A stretch of 64,000 nucleotides of DNA from Patescibacteria group bacterium (GTDB lineage Bacteria; Patescibacteriota; Patescibacteriia; UBA1558; GWA2-36-10). A program made the translations under genes and the position numbers. The notes under the pieces were generated by a model that was given only the letters and a program-made list of their open reading frames with translations, ran no database searches and was not told the DNA's origin. Every line of letters starts with the position of its first letter. The first letter of the stretch is position 1. The stretch is taken from assembly GCA_041665545.1 (NCBI GenBank), contig JBAYIQ010000004.1:18132-82131 (forward strand). The letters run 5' to 3'. Positions 17,962 through 30,087 of the stretch are shown here, one piece after another.

Positions 17962-18680
17962 TCAAAAAAGTTTTGATTTCCGCCGCTGGTCGTGGCACCC
18001 GCATGCTTGATTTAGGTAAAGACAAACCCAAGCACTTAATTGAGGTTAATAATAAGCCCTTTTTGTATTATTTATTAAGTAATTTGAAAAAGGCTGGTTT
18101 TACCGACATAACCATGGTGGTTGGCTACAAGAAAGAATTTATGGAAAAATTTTTTAGTCAGCACCAGGATGAGTTTAACATTACTCTAGTGAATCAGTTT
18201 GAAATTTTGGGAGACCAGCGCTATGGTACGGCCTGTCCACTAGAGTGCGTTCGCCAACTGATGAGCGCGGACAATTTTTTGTCAGTGAATGGTGACAATA
18301 TTTATGCGGTGGAAGATTTGGCCAATCTAAACACAGACGACGGCTTTTCTTATGTGGCTGGTTTCCCGCACCCTGAGCCCCAAAATTACGGCGTCTTACA
18401 AGTAGATGAAAATGGTTTGTTAAAAAATATTATTGAAAAGCCAAAAGAATTTGTTGGCAACTTGATTAACACCGGTCTTTACAAATTTAGCTACGAGGTA
18501 TTTAATTATTTAGATAAAATTGGTTTGTCACCGCGCGGTGAGTATGAGCTGACCGACGTCGTCAATCTGATGGCCAAAGACGGCAAGGTTAAGGCAATGA
18601 GCGTCAAGGGAATTTGGTTAGATTTTGGAAAACCAACCGACATACCAAAAGTGGAAAACTATTTGAACGGGCATGATTAA
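17958..18680 (+). CDS. Sugar-phosphate nucleotidyltransferase
   Basis: AAGRGTRM...KPKHL, SPRGEYELTD. Confidence 0.85.
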   Translation: MIKKVLISAAGRGTRMLDLGKDKPKHLIEVNNKPFLYYLLSNLKKAGFTDITMVVGYKKEFMEKFFSQHQDEFNITLVNQFEILGDQRYGTACPLECVRQLMSADNFLSVNGDNIYAVEDLANLNTDDGFSYVAGFPHPEPQNYGVLQVDENGLLKNIIEKPKEFVGNLINTGLYKFSYEVFNYLDKIGLSPRGEYELTDVVNLMAKDGKVKAMSVKGIWLDFGKPTDIPKVENYLNGHD

Positions 18681-19983
18681 AAAAATAATAAAAAAATTAA
18701 TCGGAAAAAAAACATTGTCACGTTACCATTATTTTTTGGCGCGAACCGCCTCTTTTGTTTATGGATCGCCGAGCGAAAAAATGATTGTTATTGGTGTGAC
18801 GGGTACCAACGGCAAAACCACCACTGTAAATATTATTTCTCAATATTTGGATTGTCTGAATAAGAAAAATGGTTTGGCCTCAACGGTAAATTTTAAAATC
18901 AACGACAAGAAGTGGCTCAATAAAAAAAAGATGACCATGCTCGGTCGTTTTCAAACCCAGAGATTACTCAGACAAATGTTAAAAGCTGGTTGTGAATATG
19001 CCATCATTGAAACCTCTTCACAAGGTATTGAACAACACCGTCAGATTGGTATCAATTACGATGTGTTACTTTTTACTAATTTAAGTCCCGAGCACATTGA
19101 GGCACACGGCAGTTTTGAAAATTATCGAGCAGCCAAAGAAAAACTTTTTTCAGAATTTGCTTCCTTGCCAAAGAAAAATATCAATGGCCAGGAAATAAAA
19201 AAAATTATAATCAGCAATATTGATGATCCAGAAACAGCTCGTTTGAAAAAATATCAGGCGGACAAATTTTTAACCTATGGATTTGAAAATAGCGGTGATT
19301 ATCAGGGGAAGGATTTGCAAGCAGGAGAAGGCAGGATTTCTTTCAAGTTGGGTGGTCAGGAAATTAGTGCTAGATATTTGGGTAAATTCAATGGCTATAA
19401 TATTTTGGCTGCCCTAGCCTGTTTGGATGCCCTGGGATTAAACACCAAACAAGCAATTTCTTGTGGCCTGCGCAACATACCTGGTCGCCAAGAGTGGATT
19501 AAATTGGGGCAAAATTTCAAAATAATGGTTGATTATGCTCCAGAGCCAGAGAGCTTAAAACAACTTTATGAGGCCATCAAAGAGGTAAAGAGAAACAAAC
19601 TTATTCATGTTTTGGGCTCTTGTGGTGGTGGTCGGGATCAAGCTAGGCGCCCGATTTTGGGTAAAATGGCCGGCGAAACAGCTGATTTAGTGATAGTGAC
19701 CAATGAGGATCCCTATGACGAAGATCCGCAAATGATTATTGATAATGTGGCCCAAGGAGCATTGGAGGCTGGAAAAGAGCTTAATAAGACACTGTTAAAA
19801 TACTTAGATCGTAGAAAAGCCATTAAAAAAGCCCTGTCAGAGGCCAAGGAAAATGACCTGGTTCTAATAACTGGCAAGGGTGCCGAGCAGTTTATTTGTG
19901 TGGCCAATGAAAAAAAGATTCCCTGGGACGATAGGACAGTTGTCAAGGAAGAGCTGAAAAACCTTGATTCATCAATAAAATAG
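18673..19983 (+). CDS. murE: UDP-MurNAc-tripeptide synthetase (MurE family)
   Basis: GVTGTNGKTTT, ETSSQG, GGGRD, TNEDP, LITGKG. Confidence 0.88.
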   Translation: MIKKIIKKLIGKKTLSRYHYFLARTASFVYGSPSEKMIVIGVTGTNGKTTTVNIISQYLDCLNKKNGLASTVNFKINDKKWLNKKKMTMLGRFQTQRLLRQMLKAGCEYAIIETSSQGIEQHRQIGINYDVLLFTNLSPEHIEAHGSFENYRAAKEKLFSEFASLPKKNINGQEIKKIIISNIDDPETARLKKYQADKFLTYGFENSGDYQGKDLQAGEGRISFKLGGQEISARYLGKFNGYNILAALACLDALGLNTKQAISCGLRNIPGRQEWIKLGQNFKIMVDYAPEPESLKQLYEAIKEVKRNKLIHVLGSCGGGRDQARRPILGKMAGETADLVIVTNEDPYDEDPQMIIDNVAQGALEAGKELNKTLLKYLDRRKAIKKALSEAKENDLVLITGKGAEQFICVANEKKIPWDDRTVVKEELKNLDSSIK

Positions 19984-20056
19984 GGGTTTTTTAGTAAAAT
20001 AAAGTTTTTAAAGCACGTGGCGGTGCTTGCACCGTTAGACGCAAGGCGTCTAACGG

Positions 20057-20096
20057 TGTGGATAAAGTGTGTGCAAAGAGTGGTTTTTGTGGATAT
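20057..20096. promoter_or_regulatory. DnaA-box cluster upstream of rpoB
   Basis: Perfect TGTGGATAA at 20057 plus TGTGCAAAG and TGTGGATAT, all in the same orientation. Confidence 0.5.
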
Positions 20097-20395
20097 TTTA
20101 GCAAAAACTAGTTAAAATTTGACAAACGTAAAAAATTGTATATACAGTATTTTTAGCTAATATTGGCGATTTATTTACAAAAAAAATATTTATAGCAAAA
20201 AAATGGGTTAAATCCTTGACATGGACCCTAAATTTTGTTATCATCCAGACATGAATTTTTTCGCGACTAATATAGATTAGTCAATTTGTAATCAAAGACT
20301 GACCCAAAATATATGGGTGAGCTTCTTTTTTTATGCTACAAAATAAGCAATTTTGTGACTGTTAGCTAAATATTTATTACTAAATATAAAGGTTT

Positions 20396-23300
20396 ATGTC
20401 CCAAACCAAGCTTGCGACCTCTCGTAAATATTTCACACCATTACGCGAGGCCATTCCCTTGCCCGACTTGATAGAAATCCAAAAAAAATCATATCATTGG
20501 TTTTTTCAAGATGGCTTAAAAGAATTATTTGATGAGATTTCGCCCATTAAAGATTTTATTGGTCGAGATTTAGAATTGTTCTTTTTAGAATATTATTTAG
20601 ATGAGCCGAAGTTTGATGAGGTGACTGCTAAAAGCAAGAACCTTACTTTTGAGGCGCCACTGAGGGTTAATGTTCGTTTATCAAACAAGCGCACCAATGA
20701 GGTCAAGGAGCAAGAGATTTATTTGGGAGATTTTCCTCTAATGACTGACCGAGGCACCTTCATAGTTAATGGTGTAGAAAGAGTAGTGGTGTCTCAATTG
20801 ATTCGCAGCGCTGGAGTTTTCTTTTCTTCAGAAGTACATCGTGGTCGTCGTTACTATGGCGCCAAAATTATTCCTAATCGTGGAGCTTGGTTAGAAATAG
20901 AGACCGATGCTAGCAATGTTATTTATGTAAAAATTGATCGCAAGCGCAAAGTACCAGTTACTTCGCTGTTGCGAGCTTTTGGTGTTTCTAGTGACGAAGA
21001 AATATTAAAATTATTTTCTGATGTCGATACTCACCCAGAAGTGAAGTTTATCAAAGCAACTGTTGCCAAAGATATTGCGCACAATGAAGCTGATGGTTTG
21101 CGGGAAGTATATCGTCGTATTAGACCGGGCGATCTAGCCACGGTTGATAACGCGCGCAGTTTGATCCGCTCCATATTTTTTAATTTTGATCGTTATGATT
21201 TTGGACGCGTGGGTCGCTACAAAATAAACGCCCGTTTTAGTTTGGATATTCCTAACAACAAAGAAACCAGAGTATTGCGCGTGGAAGATTTGGTTTTGGT
21301 TATTAAAGAAATTATTAGATTAAACCTGACCCAAGACGAAGCTGATGACATTGATCATTTGGGAAATCGTCGTGTCAGAGCAGTTGGCGAGTTGGTGCAA
21401 AACAGATTCCGCATTGGTTTGGCTCGTATGGAGCGCATTGTCAAAGACCGCATGAGTACTTTGGACATCAATAATTTGACACCCAGTCAATTGATTAATG
21501 CTCGACCGGTTATTGGTGTGATAAAGGAGTTTTTTATGAGCTCCCAACTTTCACAATTCATGGATCAAGTTAATCCTTTGGCCGAGCTAGAACACAAGCG
21601 CCGACTGTCAGCCATGGGACCAGGGGGCCTTTCTCGCGAAAGAGCGGGCTTTGAAGTCCGTGATGTGCACCGCACACACTATGGTCGCATTTGTCCAATT
21701 GCCACACCCGAAGGACCAAACATTGGTTTGGTGGGACACTTGGCCTCTTATGCCAGAGTCAATGATTTTGGTTTTATTGAAACACCATTTAGAAAAGTTT
21801 TGCACGACATTGAAAATGATCCAAAAATTACCGAAGGCAAGATTGCCAGAGTAGACATCAAGGATCCCAAGGGCAAAAAAGTTTTAATAAGTGCCAACGA
21901 AGTTATTAGCGCCAGCCAAGCCAGGGAACTAGCCAAAATAAAAGAGATAGAACTAGTGCCGATTAAACCACTGGTTACCAAAGAAATTGTTTATTTGGAC
22001 GCCTTTGAAGAAGAGAAATACAATACCTGCGCCTCAACCGCGGCTATAGATGAAAATGGTTATTTTGAAAATGGGTTTGCCGAAATAAGAATAAAAGGCA
22101 ACCCAACTTTTGATACAGTTGATAAAATAGACTTGATGGATGTGGCACCACATCAGATTATTAGTATTGCCACAGCATTGATTCCATTCCTAGAAAATGA
22201 CGATGCTACTCGCGCTTTGATGGGCACCAATATGCAACGTCAGTCTGTTTCCTTGATTAAGCCCGAAGCGCCAATTGTGGGCACCGGCGTTGAAGCCAAG
22301 GCCGCCATTGACTCAGGACAAGTAGTGGTGACCAAAGAGGATGGTGAAATTACCATGGTTGATGGACGTCGTATTGAGGTGACCAATAAAGATAAAGTTT
22401 CTACTATTTATCACTTGAATAAATTTGCTCGTTCCAATACCTCAACCAGCATGAATCAGCACCCTATAGTCAACAAGGGTGAGCATGTTAAAAAAGGCCA
22501 AGCCATTGCCGATGGCGCCGCCACTGATCAGGGCGAGCTAGCCCTAGGTCGCAATGTTTTGGTGGCCTACATGACTTGGGATGGTGGAAATTATGAAGAT
22601 GCTATTTTAATTTCGGAGCGAGTGGTCAAGGAAGATTTTTATACTTCAATTAGTATTGAAGATTATTCTATTGATGTGCGCGACACCAAATTGGGGCCAG
22701 AAATGGTTACCAGAGATATTCCGAACGTTAGTGAAGAAAAATTGAAAGATTTAGATCGCGAGGGGGTGGTCCGCATTGGCGCCAACGTTTCTTCCGGAGA
22801 TATTTTGGTTGGCAAGATTACGCCTAAAGGCGAGACCGAGCTTTCGGCTGAAGAAAAATTGTTACGCGCTATTTTTGGAGAAAAAGCCAAAGACGTTCGC
22901 GACACTTCATTGTATATAAAACATGGTGAGCGCGGAAAAGTAATTGATATAAAAATATTTTCCAGAGACAAGGGCGATAAGTTACCAGCTGGTGTTATTA
23001 AAACAATTCAGATTACCATTGCTCAACTTAGAAAAATTCAGGTTGGCGATAAAATGGCTGGTCGTCATGGTAACAAAGGAGTTATTTCTAGAGTAGTGGC
23101 TGATGCCGATATGCCTTTCTTGGCTGACGGTACTCCGGTGGATATTATTTTAAACCCCCTAGGTGTTATTTCTCGTATGAACCTAGGCCAGCTACTGGAA
23201 ACCCATCTTGGCTTGGCGGCTAGAACACTGGGCTACAAGGTGGCCAGCCCATCTTTAAATAGCGTGCCCGAAGAAATAATTCGCACCGAACTGAAGCGTG

Positions 23301-23833
23301 CTGGTTTACCAGAAAGCGGTAAATTACAACTTTATGATGGTCGTAATGGTCGGGCTTTTGAACACCAAACAACTATTGGTGTGGCCTACATGATGAAGTT
23401 GAATCACTTAGTAGAAGACAAGATTCACCAAAGATCAATTGGACCATACTCCTTGGTCACTCAGCAACCTTTGGGTGGTAAAGCTCAATTTGGTGGACAG
23501 CGTTTTGGTGAAATGGAAGTTTGGGCTCTTGAGGCCTATGGTGCTTCCAATACTTTGCAAGAAATGATTACCATCAAATCCGATGATGTACCTGGTCGCT
23601 CCAAGGCCTATGAATCAATTATTAAGGGTGAACCTATAACTCGTTTGAATATACCAGAGTCGTTCAATGTCTTGGTCAGGGAGTTAAAAGGCCTAGGTCT
23701 TGAAGTTGAGTTGATTGGTCAGCGAGAAAGAAAGATTGAGGAAGTAGACTACGAGACTAGAGAAATTTTGGATGAGCAGGCCCCAATCATTTTGGATGCG
23801 CCAGCTAGTGGTCCGGTTGAGAGCGAAGAATAA
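20396..23833 (+). CDS. rpoB: RNA polymerase beta subunit
   Basis: DIDHLGNRR, GDKMAGRHGNKG, GGQRFGEMEVWALE. Confidence 0.99.
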   Translation: MSQTKLATSRKYFTPLREAIPLPDLIEIQKKSYHWFFQDGLKELFDEISPIKDFIGRDLELFFLEYYLDEPKFDEVTAKSKNLTFEAPLRVNVRLSNKRTNEVKEQEIYLGDFPLMTDRGTFIVNGVERVVVSQLIRSAGVFFSSEVHRGRRYYGAKIIPNRGAWLEIETDASNVIYVKIDRKRKVPVTSLLRAFGVSSDEEILKLFSDVDTHPEVKFIKATVAKDIAHNEADGLREVYRRIRPGDLATVDNARSLIRSIFFNFDRYDFGRVGRYKINARFSLDIPNNKETRVLRVEDLVLVIKEIIRLNLTQDEADDIDHLGNRRVRAVGELVQNRFRIGLARMERIVKDRMSTLDINNLTPSQLINARPVIGVIKEFFMSSQLSQFMDQVNPLAELEHKRRLSAMGPGGLSRERAGFEVRDVHRTHYGRICPIATPEGPNIGLVGHLASYARVNDFGFIETPFRKVLHDIENDPKITEGKIARVDIKDPKGKKVLISANEVISASQARELAKIKEIELVPIKPLVTKEIVYLDAFEEEKYNTCASTAAIDENGYFENGFAEIRIKGNPTFDTVDKIDLMDVAPHQIISIATALIPFLENDDATRALMGTNMQRQSVSLIKPEAPIVGTGVEAKAAIDSGQVVVTKEDGEITMVDGRRIEVTNKDKVSTIYHLNKFARSNTSTSMNQHPIVNKGEHVKKGQAIADGAATDQGELALGRNVLVAYMTWDGGNYEDAILISERVVKEDFYTSISIEDYSIDVRDTKLGPEMVTRDIPNVSEEKLKDLDREGVVRIGANVSSGDILVGKITPKGETELSAEEKLLRAIFGEKAKDVRDTSLYIKHGERGKVIDIKIFSRDKGDKLPAGVIKTIQITIAQLRKIQVGDKMAGRHGNKGVISRVVADADMPFLADGTPVDIILNPLGVISRMNLGQLLETHLGLAARTLGYKVASPSLNSVPEEIIRTELKRAGLPESGKLQLYDGRNGRAFEHQTTIGVAYMMKLNHLVEDKIHQRSIGPYSLVTQQPLGGKAQFGGQRFGEMEVWALEAYGASNTLQEMITIKSDDVPGRSKAYESIIKGEPITRLNIPESFNVLVRELKGLGLEVELIGQRERKIEEVDYETREILDEQAPIILDAPASGPVESEE

Positions 23834-23854
23834 ATAAATTAGAGAATAAAATAT

Positions 23855-26800
23855 ATGCCAACTCCATCGTCAACCAAAACAACCTTTGTCGGTAATGACA
23901 AAAATACGGTTTTGGAATTTGATGCCATAAAATTACGCCTGGCCTCACCAGAAGATATTCATGGCTGGTCACATGGCGAAGTTTTAAAACCAGAGACACT
24001 GAATTATCGCACCCAAAAGCCGGAAAAAGACGGGTTGTTTTGCGAAAAAATATTTGGACCCACCAAAGATTGGGAGTGTTATTGTGGCAAATACAAGCGC
24101 ATCAGATACAAGGGCATTGTTTGCGACAAATGCGGAGTGGAAGTTACCAGAGCCGTAGTTCGTCGTGAGCGCATGGGTCACATTGATTTGGCTGCCCCAG
24201 TGTCTCACATTTGGTTTTTACGAGGCATCCCCTCAAAAATTGGTTTGGTGCTTGATTTGAGCATTCAGTCATTGGAAAAAATAATTTATTTTGCTTCTTT
24301 TATTGTGATCAAAATTGATGAGCCAGCTCGTCAAGAAACGCTAGAGCAAATAAAAACCGAATTAAAAAGTAAGCGCAAACAAATTGATAATGAGTTCAAT
24401 CAGCGCTCTCAGGAAATAAATAAAAGTAAAGTAAAAATGTTGGCCGACGGTGAAGCCAAAGAAAAAGTAGATAAAAAAACTGAACAGGAATTGTTAGCCC
24501 TAAATGTTGCTAAAATTGATAAAATTAAAACTCTAGAAGAAGCCGCTGAAACCGCCATTAAGGAGCTGAAAGATCTGCACGAATTACAAATTGTTTCTGA
24601 AAATAAATATCAAGAACTTTCTTTGCGCTATGGGCATGTTTTTGAGGCAGGCATTGGCGCGGAAGCAATTTTTGATTTACTCAAAAAAATTAGCTTGCCA
24701 AAATTGTTGAGCGACCTAGAAGAAGAAATCAAAACAGCTCTACCATCTAAGACAAAAAAACTCATTAGACGCTCACGCCTGATTAAGAGTTTGATCATCA
24801 ACAAAATCAGACCAGAGTGGATGATAATGTCAGCCATACCAGTCATACCTCCGGATTTGCGTCCTATGGTTCAGTTGGACGGCGGACGCTTTGCTTCCTC
24901 CGATCTTAATGATTTGTATCGTCGAGTAATCAATCGCAACAATCGTTTGAAGAGATTGAAGGAATTGAATGCCCCAGAAGTTATACAGCGCAATGAAAAA
25001 AGAATGTTGCAAGAGGCTGTTGACGCCTTGATAGATAATAATGCCAGACACGGCAAAACAGTTACGGCCTCAACTGGTCAAAAACGCATGCTCAAGAGCA
25101 TTGCCGACATGTTGAAGGGTAAGCAGGGTCGTTTTCGACAGAACTTACTTGGCAAAAGGGTTGACTACTCTGGTCGCTCAGTCATTGTTGTTGGTCCGCA
25201 TTTAAAATTGCACCAATGCGGTTTGCCAAAAATAATGGCCTTGGAACTATTCAGACCATTTGTAATTTCCAAATTAATCAAAGCCGAACTAGTGCATAAT
25301 GTGCGTAGCGCTAACAAATATATTGAAGCCGGACATCCAGAGGTTTGGGCCATCTTGGAAGATATTATTAAAGACGCCCACGTGCTACTTAACCGCGCTC
25401 CAACTTTGCATCGTTTGGGCATTCAAGCTTTTCGGCCAATATTAATTGAGGGCAAAGCCATACAACTGCACCCACTTGTCTGCACAGCTTTCAACGCTGA
25501 CTTTGATGGCGACCAAATGGCCGTACACGTGCCTTTGACTGAAGAAGCCAAGGCCGAAGCATCAAGCTTAATGCTTTCATCTAACAACTTATTAAAACCA
25601 GCTACTGGTGAACCAGTAACCATGCCAACACAAGACATGGTCTGGGGTGGCTACTATATGACCTATATTCGTAAAGACGCTAAGGTAGTTAAGGTATTTA
25701 CCGATGAAGATGAGGCCGAGAAAGTTTTTACCCTGGGTTTGATAAAATTGCAAGATTTGATAAAGGTAAGAGTTGAAAAGATAAATGATCAAATTATAGA
25801 AACCTCAATTGGTCGTATTTTATTTAATAAAATTTTGCCAAAAGAAATTTCTTTTGTGAATCACGCTGTGGACAAGAAAGCTATGAAAAATATTGTGGCC
25901 GAAGCTTTCCGCATTTTGCCACACGACAGAACCGTTCGCTTGTTAGACGACATTAAAGATTTGGCCTTCCGCTATATTACTGATTCTGGTATGTCCTGGG
26001 GCATGGATGATATACCGCGGGTAGAAGCCAAAGCGGCCCTGATCAAGGAAGCGGAAAAACAGGTGGAAGAAATAAAGGAACAATATAATAATGGTTTGTT
26101 GACTAACCACGAGCGTTATATAAAAGTAATTGAAGTTTGGAATGAAATTAAAAATCGTATTAGTGAACAGTGCAAATTAGTGTTTAACCAAGAAAATTCC
26201 ATTGCTTCAATCATTAACTCTGGTGCCCGCGGTACTTGGTCACAGATGTTGCAGATCATGGGTTTGAAGGGCACGGTTATTAATCCAGCTGGTGAGGTTA
26301 TCGAATTACCCATCAAGGCCAGTTTCCGAGAAGGTTTGGACGTTTTGGAATATTTTATTTCCACTCACGGCACTAGAAAAGGACTTTCTGATACGGCCTT
26401 GCGTACGGCCAGCGCTGGTTATTTGACCAGACGCTTGGTTGATGTTTCTCAAGACGTGGTGGTTTTGGAAGAAGACTGTGGAGACAAGGAGGGTTTACTT
26501 ATCGACAGAGAGGAGAGTGCCAATTTTAATGAGCCGTTGCATGAGCGCATTATTGGTCGTACTTTGGTGAATGATATCAAGGATCCAAATAGCAAAAAAG
26601 TTTTAATTAAAAAAGGAATATTAGTTACCAAAGAATTGGCCGATCATGTTGCCAAAGTCGACTTAGAATCTATCCGTATTCGTTCTGTCTTAACTTGTAA
26701 AGCCATACGTGGCGTGTGTCAAAAGTGCTATGGTTATGACCTGGGTTACAATCGTTTGGTAGAAAAAGGCACGGCCGTTGGTATCGTGGCCGCTCAAAGT

Positions 26801-27745
26801 ATTGGTGAGCCCGGTACGCAGTTGACTATGCGCACCTTCCACACTGGCGGTGTGTCCGAAGGTGACATCACCCAAGGTTTGCCTAGGGTTGAAGAATTAT
26901 TTGAAGCCCGCTTACCAAAGAAGCCGGCTATCATTGCTCCAGTCAATGGTGTGGTTTTGATTACGGAAACAAACAAATTGATTAGCAAGGATAATCAAGT
27001 TATTAAAATAGAACCACAGGGTGCGCGTATTGCTAGGTATGATTTGGACAAGTCCACAGAGCTCAAAGTCAAAGACGGAGAAGAAGTGGCCAAAGAACAA
27101 TTATTAATCATCAATGAAGAGCAAGAAATAAGAGCCACCTTTGCTGGTGTTGCCAAATTGACAGACGATCAATTACAAATAATCAGTCACAAAAATGAAG
27201 TGATTGACGTTATTATACCAGCCGGCTACAAACTTTATGTAAAAAATAAAGACATAGTAGTTGAGGGTCAATCCATGACCGAGGGTAGTGTTGATTTGCA
27301 CGAATTGTATCAGATCAAGGGCCAGTTGGCAGTGCAAAAATATATTATTAAAGAGATTAAAAGTATTTATTCTTTGCAAGGTCAAAATTTAAATGATAAG
27401 CACGTCGAGCTTATTGTTAAACAAATGTTTTCTCGAATTTTTATCAAGGATATTGGTGATACCGATTTATTACCCGGAGAAATTATTACCAGTACGCAGT
27501 TTAGTGAGGCCAATCTCAAGACCAAGGGCCAAGAGGCCAAGGGAGAGGTTTTATTGATGGGTATTACTAAGGCCGCCTTGACCTCAGATTCATTTTTGTC
27601 AGCGGCCTCGTTTCAAGAAACAGCCAGGGTCTTAATTGATGCCGCTATTTCTGGTCGCGTTGATCATCTCAAGGGATTGAAAGAGAATGTGATTATTGGT
27701 CGTAAAATACCAGCTGGCACAGGATTTATAGATAAGACTAAATAA
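23855..27745 (+). CDS. rpoC: RNA polymerase beta' subunit
   Basis: Zn-finger [14 protein letters not shown] catalytic motif, [13 protein letters not shown]. Confidence 0.99.
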   Translation: MPTPSSTKTTFVGNDKNTVLEFDAIKLRLASPEDIHGWSHGEVLKPETLNYRTQKPEKDGLFCEKIFGPTKDWECYCGKYKRIRYKGIVCDKCGVEVTRAVVRRERMGHIDLAAPVSHIWFLRGIPSKIGLVLDLSIQSLEKIIYFASFIVIKIDEPARQETLEQIKTELKSKRKQIDNEFNQRSQEINKSKVKMLADGEAKEKVDKKTEQELLALNVAKIDKIKTLEEAAETAIKELKDLHELQIVSENKYQELSLRYGHVFEAGIGAEAIFDLLKKISLPKLLSDLEEEIKTALPSKTKKLIRRSRLIKSLIINKIRPEWMIMSAIPVIPPDLRPMVQLDGGRFASSDLNDLYRRVINRNNRLKRLKELNAPEVIQRNEKRMLQEAVDALIDNNARHGKTVTASTGQKRMLKSIADMLKGKQGRFRQNLLGKRVDYSGRSVIVVGPHLKLHQCGLPKIMALELFRPFVISKLIKAELVHNVRSANKYIEAGHPEVWAILEDIIKDAHVLLNRAPTLHRLGIQAFRPILIEGKAIQLHPLVCTAFNADFDGDQMAVHVPLTEEAKAEASSLMLSSNNLLKPATGEPVTMPTQDMVWGGYYMTYIRKDAKVVKVFTDEDEAEKVFTLGLIKLQDLIKVRVEKINDQIIETSIGRILFNKILPKEISFVNHAVDKKAMKNIVAEAFRILPHDRTVRLLDDIKDLAFRYITDSGMSWGMDDIPRVEAKAALIKEAEKQVEEIKEQYNNGLLTNHERYIKVIEVWNEIKNRISEQCKLVFNQENSIASIINSGARGTWSQMLQIMGLKGTVINPAGEVIELPIKASFREGLDVLEYFISTHGTRKGLSDTALRTASAGYLTRRLVDVSQDVVVLEEDCGDKEGLLIDREESANFNEPLHERIIGRTLVNDIKDPNSKKVLIKKGILVTKELADHVAKVDLESIRIRSVLTCKAIRGVCQKCYGYDLGYNRLVEKGTAVGIVAAQSIGEPGTQLTMRTFHTGGVSEGDITQGLPRVEELFEARLPKKPAIIAPVNGVVLITETNKLISKDNQVIKIEPQGARIARYDLDKSTELKVKDGEEVAKEQLLIINEEQEIRATFAGVAKLTDDQLQIISHKNEVIDVIIPAGYKLYVKNKDIVVEGQSMTEGSVDLHELYQIKGQLAVQKYIIKEIKSIYSLQGQNLNDKHVELIVKQMFSRIFIKDIGDTDLLPGEIITSTQFSEANLKTKGQEAKGEVLLMGITKAALTSDSFLSAASFQETARVLIDAAISGRVDHLKGLKENVIIGRKIPAGTGFIDKTK

Positions 27746-27774
27746 AAAAAGCCCCCAATATTGGGGGCTTTTTT
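27744..27774 (+). terminator. rpoBC terminator
   Basis: AAAAAAGCCCCCAATATTGGGGGCTTTTTT. Confidence 0.85.
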
Positions 27775-27852
27775 GTTAGGGATGGGTTTTATTTTTATAC
27801 TAGATTGTGATAAAATACACTGATAAGATAGCTGTATAATAAGCTTTTTATT

Positions 27853-30084
27853 ATGTCTAGAAAAAACAAGCGAAAGCAGGAGGAAAAATTGAACCAAGAT
27901 CTGGCCGCGGGCTTTAGTATGTCGCCAGATACCAAGGGCGCCATAATTACTATTGTGGTATTTTTGGTGGCTTTTTTGTCCATCTTGTCATTTTTTAATT
28001 TAGCCGGACCATTTGGCCGAGCGCTAAATTATGGTCTGGGGTTTTTATTTGGTTGGGCCGATTGGTTGTTTATTATCATTCTATTGTTAGTTGGTTATTT
28101 TCTTTTGCGTAGCCAAAGCCATCGCCTGAAGTTTGTAACCTACTTAGGTTTATTTTTATTGATATTGGCTCTCACTGGTTTACTTAATTTTCTGGTGCCA
28201 GATTATACCTTTTCTGAAATCAGCAAAACTGGGATTGGCGGCGGTTCTTTGGGCTTTGGGGTTGCTTATCTTTTTTCTACTTTTTTAGGTTTTTGGGGGT
28301 CGTTGGCAGTCTTGGTGGCCATGATGATTATTGGTTTGTTTATTAGTTTCAATACCTCATTCAAGGATATTAGCGCCAGAGCCAGATCCTTTGGTTTGTT
28401 GAAAGAAAAAATAATTCCCCCCACTCCTCAAGAAGAGGAAGACGAGGAAGAATTTGTGCCCGAAGAAATATTGAACACAGAAAAAGAAGCGTCTCTTGAG
28501 CCCGAAGAAATAATTAGAGCTGATAGTGGTGGCGAGACAAACGTTGAACCAAATGAGCCCAGTCGTAGGCCTAGGAAAAAGATTGTGATACCCATGGACC
28601 TACTGACCAGGTCAAATACCAAACCAGACTCCGGAGACATCGACGCTAACACTCAAAAAATAAAAAAAACATTTGAGAATTTTGGTATTGAAGTCACTAT
28701 GGGCGAAGTCAATGTTGGTCCAACCGTCACTCAATATACTTTGCGCCCAGCTGAGGGGGTGCGCTTGGCTCAAGTTTTGACCTTACAAAATGATTTGGCC
28801 TTGGCTTTGGCCGCGCATCCTATCAGAATGGAAGCCCCTATCCCCGGAAAATCTTTGGTGGGCATAGAGGTACCAAACCAGAGTATTTCTATAGTTAAGG
28901 TTAGAGATGTGTTGGAAAGTCCAGCCTACACTAGGCGCAAGAGCAACCTGAGCATTGTCTTGGGTAAGGATGTTTCTGGTACAGCCGTAATGGCTAATTT
29001 GGCTAGCATGCCCCATCTTTTGATAGCTGGTTCCACTGGCTCAGGAAAATCTATTTGCATCAACAGCATTATTTTGAGTTTGATGTATCAAAACTCACCC
29101 GATGATTTGCGTTTTATTTTGATTGATCCCAAGCGAGTGGAGCTTTCAATTTACAATGACATTATTTATTTGGAGTCGCCAGTTATTACTGATACTGATA
29201 AAATTATTAATGCTTTGCGTTTTGTGGTTAATGAAATGCATGAGCGTTATAAATTATTACAGGCGGCCAACAAAAAAAATATTGACTCTTATAACAAAGC
29301 AGTGATCGTCAATCGTTTGCCATATTACGTGGTAATAGTTGATGAATTTGCCGCTCTGATGTCACTGGCCTCCAAAGAAGTAGAGGCAGCCGTAGTCAGT
29401 CTGGCTCAATTAGGTCGAGCCGCTGGTATTCATTTAATTTTGGCCACCCAGCGTCCTTCGGTTGATGTTATTACCGGCTTAATTAAGGCCAACATCACTT
29501 CACGCATTGCTTTTGCGGTGGCCTCGGCCATGGATTCGCGAACCATCTTAGACTCATCGGGTGCTGACAAATTACTTGGCAAGGGAGACATGTTGTTCAT
29601 GACTTCGGATTCATCAAAATTAAAACGCATCCAAGGCGCTTATGTTACTGATGAGGAAATTTCTGATGTGGTGGCCTTCTTAAAAGAACAGGGCGAGCCA
29701 CAATACAATCCCAAAGTTACTGAGCACCAAGGCGGAGCAACTATTGTTGGTGGGGGATACAACAACCAAGACGACACTCTTTCCCAAGAAGCCAAGGAAG
29801 TAGTAATCAGGGCTGGCAAGGCCTCGGCCACTCTATTACAGCGTCGTTTGAGAGTCGGCTATGCACGAGCCGCTAGGTTGCTAGATATTTTGGAAGAAAT
29901 GGGAGTGGTGGGTCCGGCTGATGGCTCCAAGGCCAGAGACGTTTTGATCAAACAAAGTGATTTGGAAGAAAATTTTTCATCGGCCTTGGACGAAGAAGTG
30001 GTGGCCGATGATGAAATAAGTGAAGATGAAAAAGAGGATGGCGGAGAAGATTATTTGGCCAGCCAAGATCATAAAAATTATTAA
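27853..30084 (+). CDS. ftsK: DNA translocase FtsK/SpoIIIE
   Basis: N-terminal TM helices, PHLLIAGSTGSGKS, LATQRPS, LQRRLRVGYARA gamma domain. Confidence 0.96.
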   Translation: MSRKNKRKQEEKLNQDLAAGFSMSPDTKGAIITIVVFLVAFLSILSFFNLAGPFGRALNYGLGFLFGWADWLFIIILLLVGYFLLRSQSHRLKFVTYLGLFLLILALTGLLNFLVPDYTFSEISKTGIGGGSLGFGVAYLFSTFLGFWGSLAVLVAMMIIGLFISFNTSFKDISARARSFGLLKEKIIPPTPQEEEDEEEFVPEEILNTEKEASLEPEEIIRADSGGETNVEPNEPSRRPRKKIVIPMDLLTRSNTKPDSGDIDANTQKIKKTFENFGIEVTMGEVNVGPTVTQYTLRPAEGVRLAQVLTLQNDLALALAAHPIRMEAPIPGKSLVGIEVPNQSISIVKVRDVLESPAYTRRKSNLSIVLGKDVSGTAVMANLASMPHLLIAGSTGSGKSICINSIILSLMYQNSPDDLRFILIDPKRVELSIYNDIIYLESPVITDTDKIINALRFVVNEMHERYKLLQAANKKNIDSYNKAVIVNRLPYYVVIVDEFAALMSLASKEVEAAVVSLAQLGRAAGIHLILATQRPSVDVITGLIKANITSRIAFAVASAMDSRTILDSSGADKLLGKGDMLFMTSDSSKLKRIQGAYVTDEEISDVVAFLKEQGEPQYNPKVTEHQGGATIVGGGYNNQDDTLSQEAKEVVIRAGKASATLLQRRLRVGYARAARLLDILEEMGVVGPADGSKARDVLIKQSDLEENFSSALDEEVVADDEISEDEKEDGGEDYLASQDHKNY

Positions 30085-30087
30085 GCC

